Positions 16,102-34,376 of a DNA stretch of 64,000 nt are shown here, piece by piece. The notes beneath the pieces were generated by a model, which worked only from the letters and a program-made list of their open reading frames with translations, was not told the origin of the DNA and did not search any database. This DNA comes from the human T2T-CHM13v2.0 reference genome, Homo sapiens, in the NCBI RefSeq assembly GCF_009914755.1, contig NC_060926.1, one strand, 5' to 3'. The first letter of the stretch is position 1. Every line of letters begins with the position of its first letter. Made by a program: the position numbers and the translations under genes.

Positions 16102-16405
16102 GGCCAGGTGTTGTAGCTCATGCTTATAATCCCAGTACTTTGGGAGGCCAAGGTTGCAGATTGCTTGATCCCAGGGTTTTGAGAGCAGCCTATGCAATAT
16201 GGCAAAACCCTGTCTCTACAAAAAATACAAAAATTAGCCGGGCATGATGGTACATGCCTGTAGCCCCAGCTACTCGGGAGGCTGAGGTGGGAGTATCACC
16301 TGAGCCCGGGGAGGTAAAGGCTTCAGTGAGCTGTGAGCATGCCACTGCACTCCAGCCTGGGGGACAGAGTGACACCCTGTCTCAAAGAAGAAAAGAAAAG
16401 AAAAA
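16102..16405 (+). mobile_element. Alu (AluJ-like)
   Basis: Dimeric Alu. Confidence 0.9.
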
Positions 16406-17066
16406 TCAACTACTTCCAGGGAAAGAATAGAAACAAAAGCCCCTCAGCCCTCGGAGAGGTATAAAAACCTCTTGGGCCTGGGATACTGCAGTAATACAAA
16501 GCAAGGGTCTGCTCCAAATAGGGAGAAGCTGGAAACTGTCTCCTGCCCAAGACTCAGCACAGGTGTCTGACTTCTTTGAGAGGGGCATCCATCAAGAGGA
16601 ATACTTAAAAGGCTCCACCCCTCAGGCCCAGGCACACAGGCCCTGCTGAAGACTGCAGATGGACCAGGAAAACCAAGATCTCCCTGGTCCTAAAATGAAC
16701 CTAGCACTAAATTAGTACAAATGGCTGTCTACTAGCAAGGGAGGGACAAGAGCACAGAGGGAACCCTCCCCTCTGTGGCACACATATTCAGGAACAGTTG
16801 ACCACTGAAGGTGAACCACAAACATGAGCCTAATATCAAACACAAGGAAATAGCCATTCCCTGCCAGAGGCATTTGAATCTGTTGTGCACTGAAGACAGA
16901 GATAGCAGCAACATGGCAAAACCAGCTCAATGACTGACTTAATTGACTAATTCTACCACACTAACATGCTGACAACAAGAAGAGGTGCGCTCATCACTGG
17001 ACTTACATACTCTTCACCTCACTCTCTGCTGTTCTACACATATCTGCCATTAAATCAAAAATTAAA

Positions 17067-17422
17067 TGATATAGTTTGGCTCTGTGTCCCCACCCAAATC
17101 TCATCTTGTAGTTTCCATAATTCCCATGTGTTGTGGGAGGGACCCAGTAGGAGATAATTGAATCATGGGGGTGGGTCTTTCCCAGGCTGTTCTTGTGGTA
17201 GTGAATAAGTCTCACAAGATCTGATGGTTTTAAAAAAGACAGTTTCCCTGCACAAGCTCTCTTCTCTTGTCTGCTGCCATGTGAGATGTGCCTTTCACCT
17301 TCTGCCGTGATTGTGAGGCCTCCCCAGCCACCTGAAACTGTAAGTCCATTAAACCCCTTTCTTTGGTAAATTGCCTAGTCTCGGGTATGTGTTTAGCAGC
17401 AACATGAAAATGGACCAATACA
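17067..17422 (+). mobile_element. THE1 (MaLR) solo LTR
   Basis: TGATA...TACA ends, 5-bp TSD TTAAA (17062-17066 / 17423-17427). Confidence 0.92.
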
Positions 17423-17545
17423 TTAAACAACAAAGAAAGCAAGAAAAAAGACCTACTGTCAAGTGATAAAGCAATAATTAAAATCTAAATTCAGAGATGA
17501 CCCAGGTATTGGAATTATTAGACTGGTACTTTAAAATAACTATGA

Positions 17546-17748
<203 letters not shown>

Positions 17749-17777
17749 CAGCAGCTTGGACCAGGAGCTGCTGGTCT

Positions 17778-18014
<237 letters not shown>

Positions 18015-18507
18015 CAATGAAAGAAAACAAGAAAACAAACCACACATCCAAAAAACTCTAAGTGCCCCAAAGAGGAAAATAAATCAAATAAATAAGTATC
18101 AATGACATGAAAGTCAAACTACTGAAAAGCTAAAATAAAGAGAAAATTTTGAAGGCAGAGGAAAAAAACAATGCAGACAGAAAAACAAAGATGACATATT
18201 TCTTACAATATACTTCTCATTGGAAACTACACAAGCCAAAACAATGAAGCAATGTCTTAAAGTACTGAAAGAAAAAATACCTGTCAACCTAGAATTCTAT
18301 ACCCTGCAAAAGATCTTGCAAACCTAAAGATGAAATAGACTTTTGGGGAAAAAAAATGCTGAGAGAATTTTCCAACAGATCTGCACTAAAAGAAATGTTA
18401 AAAGAATTTCTATGGGCAGGAGTATGATATTAGATAGAGATCTGCATACATGAAGAAATAAAGAGCTCCAGAAATTATAAAAATAAAGATAATTTTTTAA
18501 AATTTAC

Positions 18508-18820
18508 TTTTTTTCTTTTGTTTTTTTGAGACAGCATCTCACCCTGTGGCCCAGGCTGGAGTGCAGTGGCACAATCACAGTTCCCTGAGGCTTCAACCTC
18601 TCAGGCTCAGATGATCCTCCCACCTCAGCCCCTCAAGAAGCTGGGACTACAGGCGTGTGCCACCACATGCAGCTAATTTTCATATAGATATATATTTTTT
18701 GGTAGAGGTAGGGTTTCACCATGTTGCCCAGGCTGGTCTCCAACTCCTGGGCTCAAGCAATCCACCTGCCTCGGCCTCCAAAAGTGCTAGAATTATAGGT
18801 GTGAACCCCTGTGCCTGGCC
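18508..18820 (-). mobile_element. Alu (AluJ-like)
   Basis: Dimeric Alu; TSD AATTTACTTTT. Confidence 0.9.
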
Positions 18821-19150
18821 TTAATTTACTTTTAATCACTTTAAAACATAATCGACTGTCTGAGGGAAATACTTCAGATATGTGACTATCTGAAGAAAAA
18901 AATAGTACTTTAAGGTTCAAAACATATTTATAAATAAATTGTATGACAACAATAGGACAAGATTGAGATAATTAACATTTAAGAAAGATCCTTCCCAAAT
19001 GCTATTCTCCCATATATATGATTTCTTGGCTTAATGAAGGCTGCTTGTGTAGAAAAAAGCATGAGCTTTGATGTCTCTCCAGCCTTTAGCTGTGGGACCA
19101 TGAGTAGAATGTTGAGCATCAGTTTCCTCATCTTTAAAATGAGAGGGAAG

Positions 19151-19457
19151 GGCCAGGCACGGTGGCTCAAGCCTGTAATCCCAACAATTTGGGAGGCCGA
19201 GGCAGGCAGGTCACCTGAGGTCAGGAGTTTGAGACCAGGCTGGCTAACATGGTGAGACCCCCATCTCTACTAAAAATATAAAAAATTAGCTGCGCATGGT
19301 GGTGCACACCTGTAATCCCAGCTACTCAAGAGGCTGAGTCAGGAGAAGAGCTTGAACCTAGGAGGCAGACGTTGGTTGCAGTGAGTTGAGATTGCACCAC
19401 TGCACTCCAGCCTGGGCAACAGAGTGAGACTGTGTCTCAAAAAAAAAAAAAAAAAAA
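19151..19457 (+). mobile_element. Alu (AluS) inserted in a MIR
   Basis: Dimeric Alu; MIR core cagtttcctcatctttaaaatg directly upstream. Confidence 0.9.
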
Positions 19458-20213
19458 TCAGAAGGAAGAAAAAAGTAATACCTAGTGTGTGGCTCCCTGT
19501 GAGAAACAAATGAGTTCACTATGAAAAACAACTGGCCCTGTGCTTGGTATATGAAGGGCACACAATGCCAATGTTAGGAGTTGTCTCTCCTCACCACCAT
19601 CACCACTCCCCTCACTGCACTATCCTCATTGCTGCATATTTTGTTCATGGTTTTAGACTCTGTTTGCAGATCTCGTTGATATACCCCACTCTTAGAATAA
19701 GACATTTATGCAGCCAGAAACGATATTTTTTGTTCTTTTGCACCTGGGAAACCTGTAAACTCTATTTCTCATCTTCTTGCCTTTCTGTGTCAATGCTCCT
19801 TAAGATATTTCTTCAGAACTCCTTTAGCTCCCATAATAACTGTGTGTGTTTACTGATGCTATTATTCAATTCAATCACATTATAATAATTGCTATTAAAC
19901 TGAAGTTATTTCTCTGTCCCAGTGAATAAATGGCACATGGGAATATTTCTAGGCAACAAATCACTCTGTACTCAGACATTTTTATAACATCCTAATTCTT
20001 GATCAAATTCATCATCTTTTTGTACAGTTTCAGAGCTGAAAGAGAAGTTAGAGGATATCTATCCCATTCTAAAAGAGGAGCCACTCAGCCAGTTAATGGC
20101 AGAGCCAAGATTGAAACTCAGGGTTCCTGCTTCACCCCATCATTATAAAGTGGACTGGCTAAGTGATTTTTAAAAATCAAGTAATCATCTCTATATCATA
20201 GTTAAAGATCTTG

Positions 20214-20745
<532 letters not shown>

Positions 20746-20759
20746 TTAAAGATCTCTAA

Positions 20760-21103
<344 letters not shown>

Positions 21104-21166
21104 CATAGTAAAGACTTTTATAGATGAAAATACTTTAAGACCACAGGAGGAAAGAAGCCGTATTAA

Positions 21167-21535
<369 letters not shown>

Positions 21536-21677
21536 TGACTTTTTAAAGTTAATTTTAATATTGTACTTTGGTAGATTAAAGATGACCACAAATTTTCACT
21601 ACCATTTTCCTGGAATCTAGGCTGATCTCAGTGACCTGCATGACTTAAAGAACTGGGCAGAAGTGAGGTCCTGGGAC

Positions 21678-21839
21678 TTTTTTTTTGTTAGAGATGGATC
21701 TTGCTATGTTGCCCAGGCTGGAGTGCAGTGGCTCTTCATGGATCTGATCATTGCCTCAAACTCCTGGGCTCAAGCAATCCTCCCGCCTCAGTTGAATGAG
21801 TATCTAGAACTATAGCCACCTGCCACACTGCACCCAGCC
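21678..21839 (-). mobile_element. Alu monomer
   Basis: Single arm; flanking tcctgggacttt duplicated. Confidence 0.8.
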
Positions 21840-22070
21840 TTGAGATCCTGGGACTTTTGATGCTTAGTCATAAGAAGTCTTGCAGCTTCTATCCAGGTCT
21901 CTTGGAATCCTCTCTCTGAACACAACCTAACAACTATAAGGAAAAAAAATTTTAATGGCCCAACACATGAATAAACTTCCACAAATTAGATATACAGATG
22001 GCCAGTAAACACATGAAAAGATGCTCAGCATCAGTAATCAGTAGGGAAATGCAAATAAAAACTACAATGA

Positions 22071-22400
<330 letters not shown>

Positions 22401-22927
22401 TCATACCCATTATGATATTCTGACTGTAATAGAAAATTAAAAATATTGGCAAGGATATGTAGAAATTGAAACATTTGTGGATTGGTGATGGGAACATGAA
22501 TTGGTTTAGCCAATATGGAAAAAACAGTTTGGTGGTTCCTCAAAAAGTAAACATAGAATCATCATATAATCCAACAATTCCACTTCTAGGTATATACCCA
22601 AAGTAATTAAAAACAGAGACTTAGCAGATGTTTGTATAACCATGTTCTTGGCAGCATTATTCACAACAACAAAAAGGTGGAAACACCAAGTGTTCATAAG
22701 TGGATGAATGGCTAAACAAAATATGGTATGTATATAAAATGGAATATTGTTTATCCATAAAAAGGAATGAAATTCAGATATATGCTACAATAGGGATGAA
22801 CCTTGAAGACATTATGCTAAGTTGAATCAGCCAGACTCAAAAGGATGAATATTTTAAGATTGCACTTACATAAAATACCTAGAATCTAGAATAGGCAAAT
22901 TCACAGAGGCAGAAAGTAGATTAGAGG

Positions 22928-23616
<689 letters not shown>

Positions 23617-23790
23617 ATAGGTTACCAGGGGCTTAGGGGAAGGGAAATAGGAAGTTATTGCTTAATGGTTGCAGGTTTTCTGTGATTAAAAAGGTAAATT
23701 TTATGTAACGAATATTTTACCAAACAGTAAACAAAAATACAAGAAAAAGTTTGCAATTTACGTAATTTTTTTTTTTTTAAAGAAGTCCTC

Positions 23791-24286
<496 letters not shown>

Positions 24287-25520
24287 CTAGGTTTCAGGAT
24301 AATCTGTCATACAGCAATAAATAACCAGAATACGCTCTCTCTACTTCGTGTAAATGGATTGGCCTGGTGGCTCCTAAATATCTAGAAGAGTGGTATGGTT
24401 AAGGAGTGCTTGGACAGGCTTTGGGAAAATTTGAGAAATATTTGGATGGTAGGCAGCACAGGTCTCCCTTACCTAAGGCAGAGGCAACAACAAACTGGCT
24501 TAAACATTGTATCCTAGGTTGCTGGTAAACATACTTGACATACAAAGGCCAATTCAGTCATCAATTACAATGTTTACAAATGGCATTTGGTTTTTATTCA
24601 AAATGAAATTACTTTTATGAAGTCCCACAGGAAAAATGGAATGTTGTAAAAAGTAAGATTATTCCCTTCACTAAAATGACAAGGAAGAAAGTGATGCTGT
24701 TTTCCCACCCCCCACCCCCAATACTATTTGGTGATATTTTATAAGGGTAAGTATGATAGCTGCTTCTAATCTTTTGTCCTAAAATTGGAAGGCGAGCAGG
24801 CTCCAGGGTGCCTGTGAACTGGGGGCTCCTCCTCAGTGCCCCAGTGGAGAGCGCTGTCCATCTCAAGTCAAGATGAATAGCACCATAGAAAGTGTGTTAG
24901 AAGAGGTGTTAGGACGCCTCAGTTCTTTGTTCATTTCCACCCACCACCTAACATGGGCAGAACACACGACCTCTCTGGAAGTCAGCTTCCCCATCCGCAA
25001 AAAGGGAATAAAGCAGTTTTTCTACTTTAGTTGCACACTGGAATCAGCAACCTAAGATATGATGCTTAAAATCTTGAAGCCCAGGCTGCACACCAAAATA
25101 ATTATGTCAGAATTTTGTAAAACGAGGGCCTCAGGATTTTTTAAAATTCCCCAATACCTTCCAATACAAAGTCAAAGTTGGGAACCACTGAAATGGAAGA
25201 ATGAGTTACAGAAAAATATTTACAGTTCCTGTTCAGCTCTAAAAATTATATAATCTGATACTCTCAAAAATTACACTTATTCAGTAAATATTTATCACAT
25301 ACTATGTTCCAGGCACTCTGTTTGAAACTAGAAATACCAAGAGAAGTTCAGTATTCTAGATGAGGGCAGTGGGATAGACCACATAGAAATACAGGCAGTA
25401 TTCAGTCTCAATTCAAGGGAAGAAATGGAGTAGTCAGTTCTCCTGGGAGGAGGTAGGAAACAAAGAGGAGGTAAACTGAGTTAAGTCTTCAAGGATGATT
25501 TGGCACTCAACAATGGTAAG

Positions 25521-25979
25521 GCTCTCCATTTTAGCGCCATCTTCTTGGAAGCCTCTCCGCTGTGAGAGCCAAGAAGCGAATGTATAGGCTGAAGCGCAAA
25601 AGAAGAAAGATGAGACTGAGGTCCAACTAAACTCCCAATTTGTGCACCCGTGGAGGTGCATTTCACAGGAACAGAAACATGGGACGCCAGAGGCTGGGGA
25701 TGCTGGTACAAGTTGTTGGACTGCATGCTACTCTCTAGAGATTGTCTCTCAACTGACCTAGAACTTCCATAGCCATCTGATCACCAAGACCGCCTCTGAG
25801 AGGAAAGTTCTGAGAGTCTCACCTTGCTCGCATCAAAACAGTTCCTATTTATCCTTTTTCCTGGATCTGTGATATTCTGGACTGTTTCTGTGTTCAGTTG
25901 TGGCCAAGTGTTACAGGTATACAGTAAATCACCTCTTCTGTTGTCTTAGGTGGAAAACAAAAATAAAAACAAAACAAAA
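25521..25979 (+). pseudogene. RPL41 processed pseudogene (full-length retrocopy)
   Basis: 5' UTR ttagcgccat..., decayed CDS 25562-25630 (GTG-RAKKRMYRLKRKRRKMRLRSN*), RPL41-like 3' UTR, A-rich tail, 12-bp TSD AACAATGGTAAG at 25509-25520 and 25980-25991. Confidence 0.93.
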
Positions 25980-26077
25980 AACAATGGTAAGACAGAGGTA
26001 GTGGAGGGTAAAGGAAGAACACTTCCTGTTAGCCAGTATCCTGGTGTCTAACATTTACATACGAAGTTGTTGATGTA

Positions 26078-26235
26078 GGCCAGGCATGGTGGCTCATGCC
26101 TGTAATCTCAGAACTTCGGGAGGCTGAGGCAAAAGGATGGCTTGAGCCCAGGAGTTGGAGGCTACAGTGAGCTATGATCGCACACTGCATTCCAGCCTGG
26201 GCAACATAGCAAGACCCTTTCTCCAAAAAAAAAAA
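26078..26235 (+). mobile_element. Alu monomer (FLAM/FAM-like)
   Basis: Single arm with A tail. Confidence 0.8.
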
Positions 26236-26399
26236 TTATATTAAATAAAAAACTGATGTATCAGGTGGGAACCTCCTAATACATGTATTAAGTGGGAACC
26301 TCCATTTCTATGACACCAGCCAACCTCTTTCCTAAAAGAGCTTAACTTATGATGAAATGGCACAAAGGCAGTATGATAATGCAACTAATAATAACTTGA

Positions 26400-26748
<349 letters not shown>

Positions 26749-26759
26749 TGATATTTGAG

Positions 26760-26970
26760 TTCGGTAATTTCTGATCACACAAATAAGCTTCCTTGAAATA
26801 TTAAAGGGTTGTTACGTGGCAGACCTGTTGAACTTGTTCTATGTGGTCCTGGGTTAGAACTAGGATCAGTGAGCCATAGAAAGGCAATTTCAGCTCAACT
26901 AAGGGAATAGCTACCAAACTGGCTATACTATGATGGACTGAATTACCTCTGGACAAAGTAAGTTTCCCAC
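26760..26970 (+). mobile_element. L3/CR1 3' fragment
   Basis: CR1-like gaactagg...tttcagctcaac...ggactgaattacc segment. Confidence 0.45.
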
Positions 26971-26972
26971 TT

Positions 26973-27271
26973 CTTCTTTTTTTTTTTTTTGAGACTGAGT
27001 TTCACTCTTGTTGCCCAGGCTGGAGTGCAATGGCACAATCTTGGCTCACTGCAACCTCCACCTCCTGGATTCAAGTGAGTCTCCTGCCTCAGCCTCTTGA
27101 GTAGCTGGGATTACAGGAGCCCGCCACCACGACTGGCTAATTTTTTTGTATTTTTAGTAGAGACGGGGTTTTAGCATGTTAGGCTATTCTCGAACTCTTG
27201 ACCTCAGGTGATCTGCCCGCCTCAGCCTCCCAAATTTCTGGGATTACAGGTGTGAGCCACCATCCCTGGCC
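26973..27271 (-). mobile_element. Alu (AluS)
   Basis: Dimeric Alu. Confidence 0.9.
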
Positions 27272-28479
27272 AGTTTCCTTCTTCATACTTTACTATGTAA
27301 AAAACAATTTCGACCCCACACTACTTAGAGACCAAGTACAAGAGGCAAAGGCAAAATTTAAAGAATACCGATGCTTCAAGAGTTTGTTATTATTTTCACC
27401 CACAGATATACCTCTATTTTCCACAAGAACAGCAAGCAAAAGAGAAGACAGGGAGGCACTCAGAGGATGGGGATTCTCCAAAGGTGAAATGCAAGCTTAA
27501 GCAGTTTAAATGTGTTGATTTCAAATGGGATATGAGCAGCAAGTAAGTAAGGTGTTGCTCAGAAAACTCTAAGACTAACATGGCACTTGAGGCTACTCTG
27601 ATGGGGCATGGCTTATATTAGGCTCACAGTCCCCTCTTCTGGCTATAGAGCTAGACTGGTGTCCAGACTGCTGGTTCCAGCTGACAGGTTCTTGCCAGGG
27701 TGGGGTCTTGTCTCTGGCCATCCACCTGTGGAGTCTACCAATCCATTTGCTTTTTACTCATAGACCTTTGCTTTGACAGATGGTTTTAACTTCAACTTAC
27801 AAATAATTTTCTCTCTGGTTACTATCTCAGTCTCCAACTTATGCTTAACATCTTAGGTAATAGTTTGCTGTTTATCATCTTAAGCAACTTACAGATTTAA
27901 ACTTACACGGTGTGTTTGTGTGTGCATCTGTATGGAAACACATATGTGTTCTAATACAAATAATTTCCTGCTTCATCATTTTCACACATGACATCCTGAA
28001 CCAGAGAAAAGCAGAAAAGAGAAAGCCTCTAGTAAACTGAAGATTCTCCTTATTCTATCAGTATTACAGCATACTTGAAGAATTCCATAGCCCTACAGCT
28101 TGTAGAAATGTTGAAGGACCTCCAAGTGTCTGGTGGGTTGTTGCATTAGATTACCTGTAATTGTTATGCCAAGTCTAAGAATCTGTGACTGTCTGACATT
28201 TAACCTGAATTGAAATCAGCCTTGAAATAGGACTGTCTCCCATCTCTGTCTTTCAGCTGCAAATTATAAATCATCCTGGTTAGCCTACTGAAATCAGTGA
28301 GGAGAAGAGAATGGGAGGATCAGAACACAAATGAAGTCACTGATTACTTGGTTGCAGCCAAGATGCAAAAAGGAATAAGATGTGCTTCTCTGCTCAGAAA
28401 ATTCATAGTCCATTGGGAGAATGGGGTCTTCCTGGATCATTTCAGAACAACGTGGAAAACAATGCGATTAAAGAATGTG

Positions 28480-29100
28480 TGTACATAGTTTCATAGAACC
28501 ACAGACAAGGGCACCCAGCCTATCTGGGGTGGGTGCAGAATACAGAATTTGAAAATTATCCAGCGGAAGTGATTACTAAGATGACTCAAAAACAGGACTG
28601 ACGCAGGCATGAACAGGGAGATATGAGCATTCTGGATGGTATTGCATATGGAGGGAGAAATTCTACTTTGGAACACTGACGTCAAGGCCAGTTGGGTGAG
28701 AGATGGGGTTGGGGCAGTCATCAAGTGCCAGACCACACGAGAATGAAATGCCTTGTTAAGGCATCCGGCCTTTACCTTGTTGGCAGAAGGAAACCATTGC
28801 TGAGTCTTAAATAGTAGAATGACATGGTCAGGTATGCCTTTCAGATAACTCTCTGACATGGCCTTGTAGAAAATTGATTGGAGAAGACAAGAAGATGACA
28901 GGAGGGAATGAGCCATAGAAAGGCAGATTTCCTTGGAAGAAAGAAATCTTCTTCCAAAGAAGACTTCCATAGGGTACTGTTACAGTAACCCAGACAGGAG
29001 ATGTTAAGGTCTGAACCTGGGTATTAGTAGTTAGGGAGGAAATAAAATTGAGAAATATTACACTATGTAATTAGAGGGCACACCAAATGGTTGAGTGGGA
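28480..29100 (-). mobile_element. L2 fragment
   Basis: Antisense L2 features (ccattgctgagtcttaaatag, gacatggtcagg). Confidence 0.55.
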
Positions 29101-29126
29101 GGTGTCAAAGAGAGGTGGATCAGAGT

Positions 29127-29506
29127 TGTCTTAGTTCAGCTACTATAACAAATTTCCAAAGACTGAATGGCTTAAAAAATAATTTATGTCTCACAATTCT
29201 GGAGGACAGGAAGTCCAAGGTCAAGGCTCCAGCAGATTTGGTCTCCTGTGAGGGCCTGCTTCCTGGTTTGCAAATTGTTTTGTGGCTATCTTCTCATTGT
29301 ATCTTCACATAGTGGAGGGCAGACAGAGAGATCTCCTGCCTCCTTCTCTTTTTAAAGGGTACTAATCCCATTATGAGGTCCCCACTGTCATGACCACATC
29401 TAACGCTAATTGCTTATCAAAGGCCCTACCTTCAAACACCATTATATTGGGGGTTAGGATTTCAACATATCAGTTTGGAGAAGACACAAATATTTCGTGC
29501 ATAACA
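29127..29506 (-). mobile_element. MLT1A-like LTR
   Basis: tgtcttagtt...gaagtccaaggtcaagg...gggttaggatttcaacatat. Confidence 0.8.
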
Positions 29507-29954
29507 AGGGACAATTTTCATGTATGTACAAAGGTCTTCCTCGGTAAGACCTTTCCTGACCACTCCACTAAAACTACAAATCATCCTTACCAGCATCCCC
29601 TATCCCTTCTCTTCCATCTTTCTCTAGTGCTTATATAATTTCATTATTAGCTATCTGTCTTCACTACAATATGTGAGATTCTTTATGGCAGGGATTTTGT
29701 CTCTTTTGTTCACTGCTGCATCACAATACCTGCAGCAGTGCCTGGCACCTACTATGTACTCAATAAGTATCTGCTCAGTGAATGAATGCCTGATGGTGGT
29801 GCTGAGAAAAACTGAGAAAAAAATGCAGGAAGAAGAGCAAGTTTAGAGAAAATGATGCTGGGTTCACTTTTGCACTTTCTTTAGCACTCCAGGGAAAAAT
29901 AAAGCTATGCAGAGACTCAGAATGTTGGATATGACAGAGGCCCTAGAGACCATT

Positions 29955-30381
29955 TGTTTTAGTCCATTTATGTTGCTATAAAGGAATACCTGAGGCTGGG
30001 TAATTTATAAAGAAAAGAGATTTCTTTGGCTCACAGTTCTGCAGGCTGTACAGGAAGCATGGCTCCAGCATCTGCTTCTGGTGAGGGTCTCAGGCTAATT
30101 TCACTCATGTCAGAAGGCAAAGGGAAAGCGGTGTGTGCAGAGCTCACATGGCAAGAGGAAGCAAGAGAGAAAGAGGGAGGGAAGGTGCCAGGCTCTTTTT
30201 GACAACCAGCTCTCATGGAAACGAATAGAGCAAGAACTGACTCATTCCCACCAGGACAGCACCAAGTAATTCATGAGGAATCCCCCACTGACCCAAACAC
30301 CTCCCATTAGGTCTTACCTCCAACATTAGGGATCACATTTCAATATAAGACTTGGAGGGGTCAAATATCCAAACCATTGCA
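29955..30381 (-). mobile_element. MST (MSTA/B) solo LTR inserted in a MIR
   Basis: MaLR consensus; 5-bp TSD CCATT at 29950-29954 / 30382-30386. Confidence 0.88.
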
Positions 30382-30809
30382 CCATTCTATACAGTTCCTT
30401 CATTTGGGAAAAAAAGAAACTGAGGTCCAGAAAACTGAAGTGTCATGCCCATGACAAGGCAAACACAGCTGAGCCAAGCATCCCACCCCTGTTCCCAGCT
30501 TCAGTTTAGTGTTTATGCCTCTTGTTTCTGGTAATATGAGAGATCAATAAAAATCACTTGCCTTTGACCTTCAGCTAGAATTTAACTAAACTATTAAGTG
30601 CCTGTTTTTTCAGAGCCCACTTAACCAATTCATTCAGGAAAGAAAATTTTTTGAGCCTGAGCCAGATATAGAAAGATCTAGTCATAGAGGTCTTCTCTGC
30701 CTTGGAATCTTGCCAGGCTGAGGCTGCCTTAGCAGCTGTGCTAAAGCAAATAGACAGCTCTGCCTGTGAGCCTCACACCAGGTAAGTAGTTGCCTGAATC
30801 CATCCGTGA

Positions 30810-32380
30810 TTTTATTTTTATTTGATATTTTTAAATTGAGGTATAATTGTCACACCATGAAATGTATAGATCTTGTCAATACAGGTCAATGAATTTTGAC
30901 AAACATAAACACCCATGTAACCCCTACCCCAATAAAGATCCTTCCTGCCCTTCCCAAAGCCCCTTTCAGAGGCAACCACTTTTCTGATTTCTATCACCAT
31001 TGATTAGTTTTGCCAGTTCAAGAACGTCATGTAAAAGGAAAACTTTTCCAGATTCGTACATCTGGCTCCTTTTACTTGGCCTCATGTCTATGAGATTCAA
31101 CCAAGTTGGTGCTTGTATCATTAGTTTTTTCTTCACATTGCTGAGTAGTATTCATGGGCTTAGTACAGCACAATTTGTTTATTCATTCTCCTGGATATTT
31201 AAGCTGTTTCTAATTTCTGGCTATTGTGAGTAAAGGTGCTATAAACAATCTTGTTTAAATATATTTAAGGACATATGTTTTCATTTTCCTTGGATAAATG
31301 TCTAGAAGTGACATGGTTGGGTCTTAGGATAGGTATATGTTTAACTTCATAAAGAAATGCCTAACAGTTTTCCAAGGTAGTATATGATTTTTACACGCCA
31401 ACCAGCAACATATAAGATTTCCAATTGCTTCATAGCCTCACCAATATAGGTGTCATCAAGCCTCTTCATTTTAACCCCATGAGAAGTCAAACAAACACAG
31501 TACACTTTTTTTTGTAACTGCTAACACTTTGCAAACTTCTATTATGGAGAATTTCATACACTTACTTAAGCATTAGATGCATTCATCATCTAGCTTTACG
31601 AATTATCAACTTATGGCCAATCTGGTTTCATTTCTATACCCTTTATCCCCTCCTCCCATATTATTTAGAAGCAAATCCCTGACATCATATCATTCATCTG
31701 TAAGTATCTCAGTATGTATCTCTGAAATATAAGGACAATTTGTAAACCTAACTAAAATGCCATTGCATTTGATATAAAAAACAATAATGCTTTAATACCA
31801 CTAAATATTCAGTCAACATGCAAATTTCTAATTGTCTCAACAAATTCATAAATTTTTTGTGTAGCTTGTCTGCTAAAATCAGTATTCAAATTAGTATACG
31901 TACTGCAATCAGTTGATATGTCTTACAAGTATCTTTTAATTCAGAGGTTCCTCCTCTTCCTGTTTTATTCTTCATAATGTTTTTGTTAAATAAATTGGAT
32001 TGTTTGTCCTCTAAATTTACCTATAGATTGGATTTTGCTAATGCATTATTTAACACATTCTTCCGTCCTCTGTATTTTCTGTAAATTGTTACTTCATCTA
32101 GGAACTTAACCACATTCAGGTTCAAATTTTTGGCAAAACTACCTAATCCTTGGTATTATGTTCTTCTATCTGGAGGCACATGGTGTCTGCTGTCTCTCTT
32201 TTTCACATTAGCACTGTTTTTTATCTCATCATTAGATGATTAACTTATTTTAGGTTGCAAAATTGTGACATTCCAATGCTACTCTGTTTTCATTTATATG
32301 TTGGGATACTTCCATAAAGAGAAATTTTCCTCATCTACTAATTGATTACTCCATGGTACAGTTCATATACCAAAGGCAGG
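30810..32380 (-). mobile_element. L1MC/ME-like 3' fragments
   Basis: ttttaaattgaggtataattg..., gaggcaaccact...ctgatttctatcacc. Confidence 0.7.
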
Positions 32381-32527
32381 TCAGCAAAGGAAACATCAAC
32401 AAGATGAAAAGAGTACCTACAGAATGGGATGAAATATTTGCAAACCATATGTCTAATAATGGGTTAATTTCCAAAATATACATGGAATTTCTGCAACTCA
32501 ATAACAAAAAACAAATAATTCAATTTA

Positions 32528-32851
<324 letters not shown>

Positions 32852-32968
32852 TGTGCAAAGGATTTGTACAGGCATTTCTCCAAAGAAAACATATAAATGA
32901 CCAAAAAGTATATGAAAATATGTTCAACATCATTAATTATCAAAAAATGCAAATCAGGATTACAGTGA

Positions 32969-33220
32969 GGCCCACTGTGGTGGCTCACACTTGTAATCCC
33001 AGCATTTCGGGAGGCTGAGGGGGGTGGATCACTTGAGGTCAGGAATTCGAGACCAGCCTGGCCAACATGGTGAAGCCCCATCTCTACTAAAAATACAAAA
33101 AATTAGCTGGGTATGGTGGTGCCTGTAATCTCAGCTACTTGGGAGGCTGAGGCAGGAGAATCACTTAACCCAGGAGGCGGAGGCTGTAGTGAACCAAGAT
33201 CCTGCCACTGCACTCCAGCA
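32969..33220 (+). mobile_element. Alu, 3'-truncated
   Basis: Ends at cactccagc without a tail. Confidence 0.88.
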
Positions 33221-34066
33221 GTTCAGTGTAAAGGAGATTACAACAAGATAACTCCTTGCACCTGTTAGGGTGGCTATTATCAAAAAAAAAAAAAAAAAAA
33301 AGATAAGTGTTGGTGAGGTTGTAGAGAAACTGAAACCCTTGCACATTGCTGGTGGGAATGTAAAATGGTTCAGCAGCTATGAAAAGCGGTATGGAGATTT
33401 TTTCAAAAAATTAAAATTAGAACTACTATGTGATGCAGCAATCCCACTTCTGGGCATGTATTCAAAAGAATGTACATCAGGATCTCGAAAATATATCTAT
33501 ACTCCCATGTTCATTTCACGGGAAGTTGCATGGTAGTTCACAACATCCAAGATGTCTATTAACAGATGAATTGATGAAGGAAATGTGATATATACATACA
33601 ATGGAATATTATTCAACCTTAAAAAAGATCCTGCTGCTTGCAACAACATGGATGAAACTGGAGGACATTATGCTAACTTAAATAAGTCAGTCACAGGACA
33701 AATACAGCAAGATTCCACTTATATGAGGTATCTATAATTGTCAAACTCATAGAAGCAGAAAATACAATAGTGGCTGCCAGGGACAGGAGGGTGGAGGAAA
33801 TGGGAAGTTGTTGTTCAATGGGTATGATAAAATTTCAGTTTTGCTAGAGGAATATGTTCTAGAAATCTGCTGAGCAACACAGTGCCTATAGTTAACAATA
33901 CAGTATATGTATTTTAAAATTTGTTTAGGGGACAAATTTCCTATTCAGCATTTTTATCCCAAAACAAACAAAGGGACACAAGGAAACTTTGGGAAGTTTT
34001 AGATGTATCTATTACCTGGATTGTGGTGATAGTATCGCAGGTATTTGCATATGATCAAACTCATCA

Positions 34067-34376
<310 letters not shown>

